From: an uncultured Methanosarcinales archaeon
GTDB taxonomy: Archaea > Nanobdellota > Nanobdellia > Woesearchaeales > GW2011-AR9
Reading direction: 5' to 3'
DNA length: 34,939 nucleotides
Assembly (NCBI GenBank): GCA_964343575.1
Contig: CAYFJV010000003.1
Location: forward strand, 1 to 34,939
In this document: positions 34,326 through 34,939 of the stretch, piece by piece
Layout of the letters: every line of letters begins with the position of its first letter
Numbering within the stretch: the first letter of the stretch is position 1
Position numbers and translations under genes: made by a program
The notes under the pieces: model-generated
What the model saw: only the letters and a program-made list of their open reading frames with translations
The model's database searches: none
Told to the model about the DNA's origin: nothing

Positions 34326-34939
34326 ATGGTTTTAGCAGGAACAGGTCCAAGTTTAGAAATAAAAGGTACGTTAGACACTACTCTAATCCAAAGAGGCTTT
34401 TCTACAATAAAATCGGGTTTTATTAGAATGAAAGGTGTCACAGAGGGTTTTTCCTCTGATCTTGAACGTATGTCTGTCGCAGCCGGAAATCTAGCCAGAA
34501 GACTTGGAAAGATCGCACTTGTTGGTGTTGGAACTATGACTGCATTAGCTAAGAGTTCGCCTGCTGTTGCTCCTGCTATGGCTAAAATGGGGGTTGCATT
34601 TCAAAAACTATCTAGAAATTTAGGAGAAGCATTGGCTCCGGCATTTGAAAAGGTTGCCGGTTGGCTAGATAAGTTAGCCACATGGGTTGGAGAAAATAAA
34701 GGTGCTATTGGGGAATTAGCAACAAGATTTCTCGAATGGGGAGAGGCTGTCGGAACTACGTTATGGCCTTGGATAAAAAAGATTGGAGATTGGGTTTTAG
34801 GTCATCCAAAATTATTCGCCGGCATACTAGCGGGATTAGTTCTTAGCCCTGCAATAAAAACAGGCATTGGATTGATTAGTGGATTAGTAACTCTTATGAC
34901 TGGAGCCAAAGTATCTGCATCTCTTTTAGCGGTTCTTGG
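34326..34939 (+). CDS. Tail tape measure protein, N-terminal part (runs off the window end)
   Basis: GAGG RBS. MVLAGTGPSLEIKGTLDT..., Ala/Gly/Leu-rich amphipathic helices with periodic Trp, directly after the chaperone pair. Confidence 0.8.
   Translation, partial: MVLAGTGPSLEIKGTLDTTLIQRGFSTIKSGFIRMKGVTEGFSSDLERMSVAAGNLARRLGKIALVGVGTMTALAKSSPAVAPAMAKMGVAFQKLSRNLGEALAPAFEKVAGWLDKLATWVGENKGAIGELATRFLEWGEAVGTTLWPWIKKIGDWVLGHPKLFAGILAGLVLSPAIKTGIGLISGLVTLMTGAKVSASLLAVL

Overview
This window is a nearly complete, possibly circularly complete, ~35 kb genome of a tailed dsDNA virus (Caudoviricetes-type, siphovirus-like). All credible protein genes are on the + strand. Several signs point to an archaeal host: TTTAWAWA TATA boxes about 30 nt upstream of predicted starts, GAGGTGA ribosome-binding sites, and a tRNA-Met(CAT) with a bulge-helix-bulge intron. 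A DPANN host is a weaker inference. Gene order: end of tape measure; NUMOD3/Vsr-like homing endonuclease; distal tail and baseplate; holin-like protein; PD-(D/E)XK nuclease; non-coding control region; early genes (RHH and wHTH regulators, ParB-like, SSB-like, Cas4-like, many micro-ORFs); tRNA; DNA methyltransferase; TerS and TerL; portal-MuF fusion; head fibre; protease; major capsid; decoration proteins; neck; tail tube; chaperone with a -1 frameshift; start of tape measure. I recognised no polymerase, helicase/primase, integrase or reverse transcriptase. The most interesting signals are: (1) a DGR-target-like gene with an adenine-depleted variable region but no RT or template repeat in the window; (2) an intron-bearing, initiator-like tRNA in a genome where two structural genes appear to start at ATC and ATT; (3) an exact 58-bp duplicated promoter/operator cassette; (4) two candidate minus-strand small RNAs; (5) a LamG adhesin fused to the head-tail stopper. 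All protein assignments come from motif recognition and synteny by eye, not from database searches.
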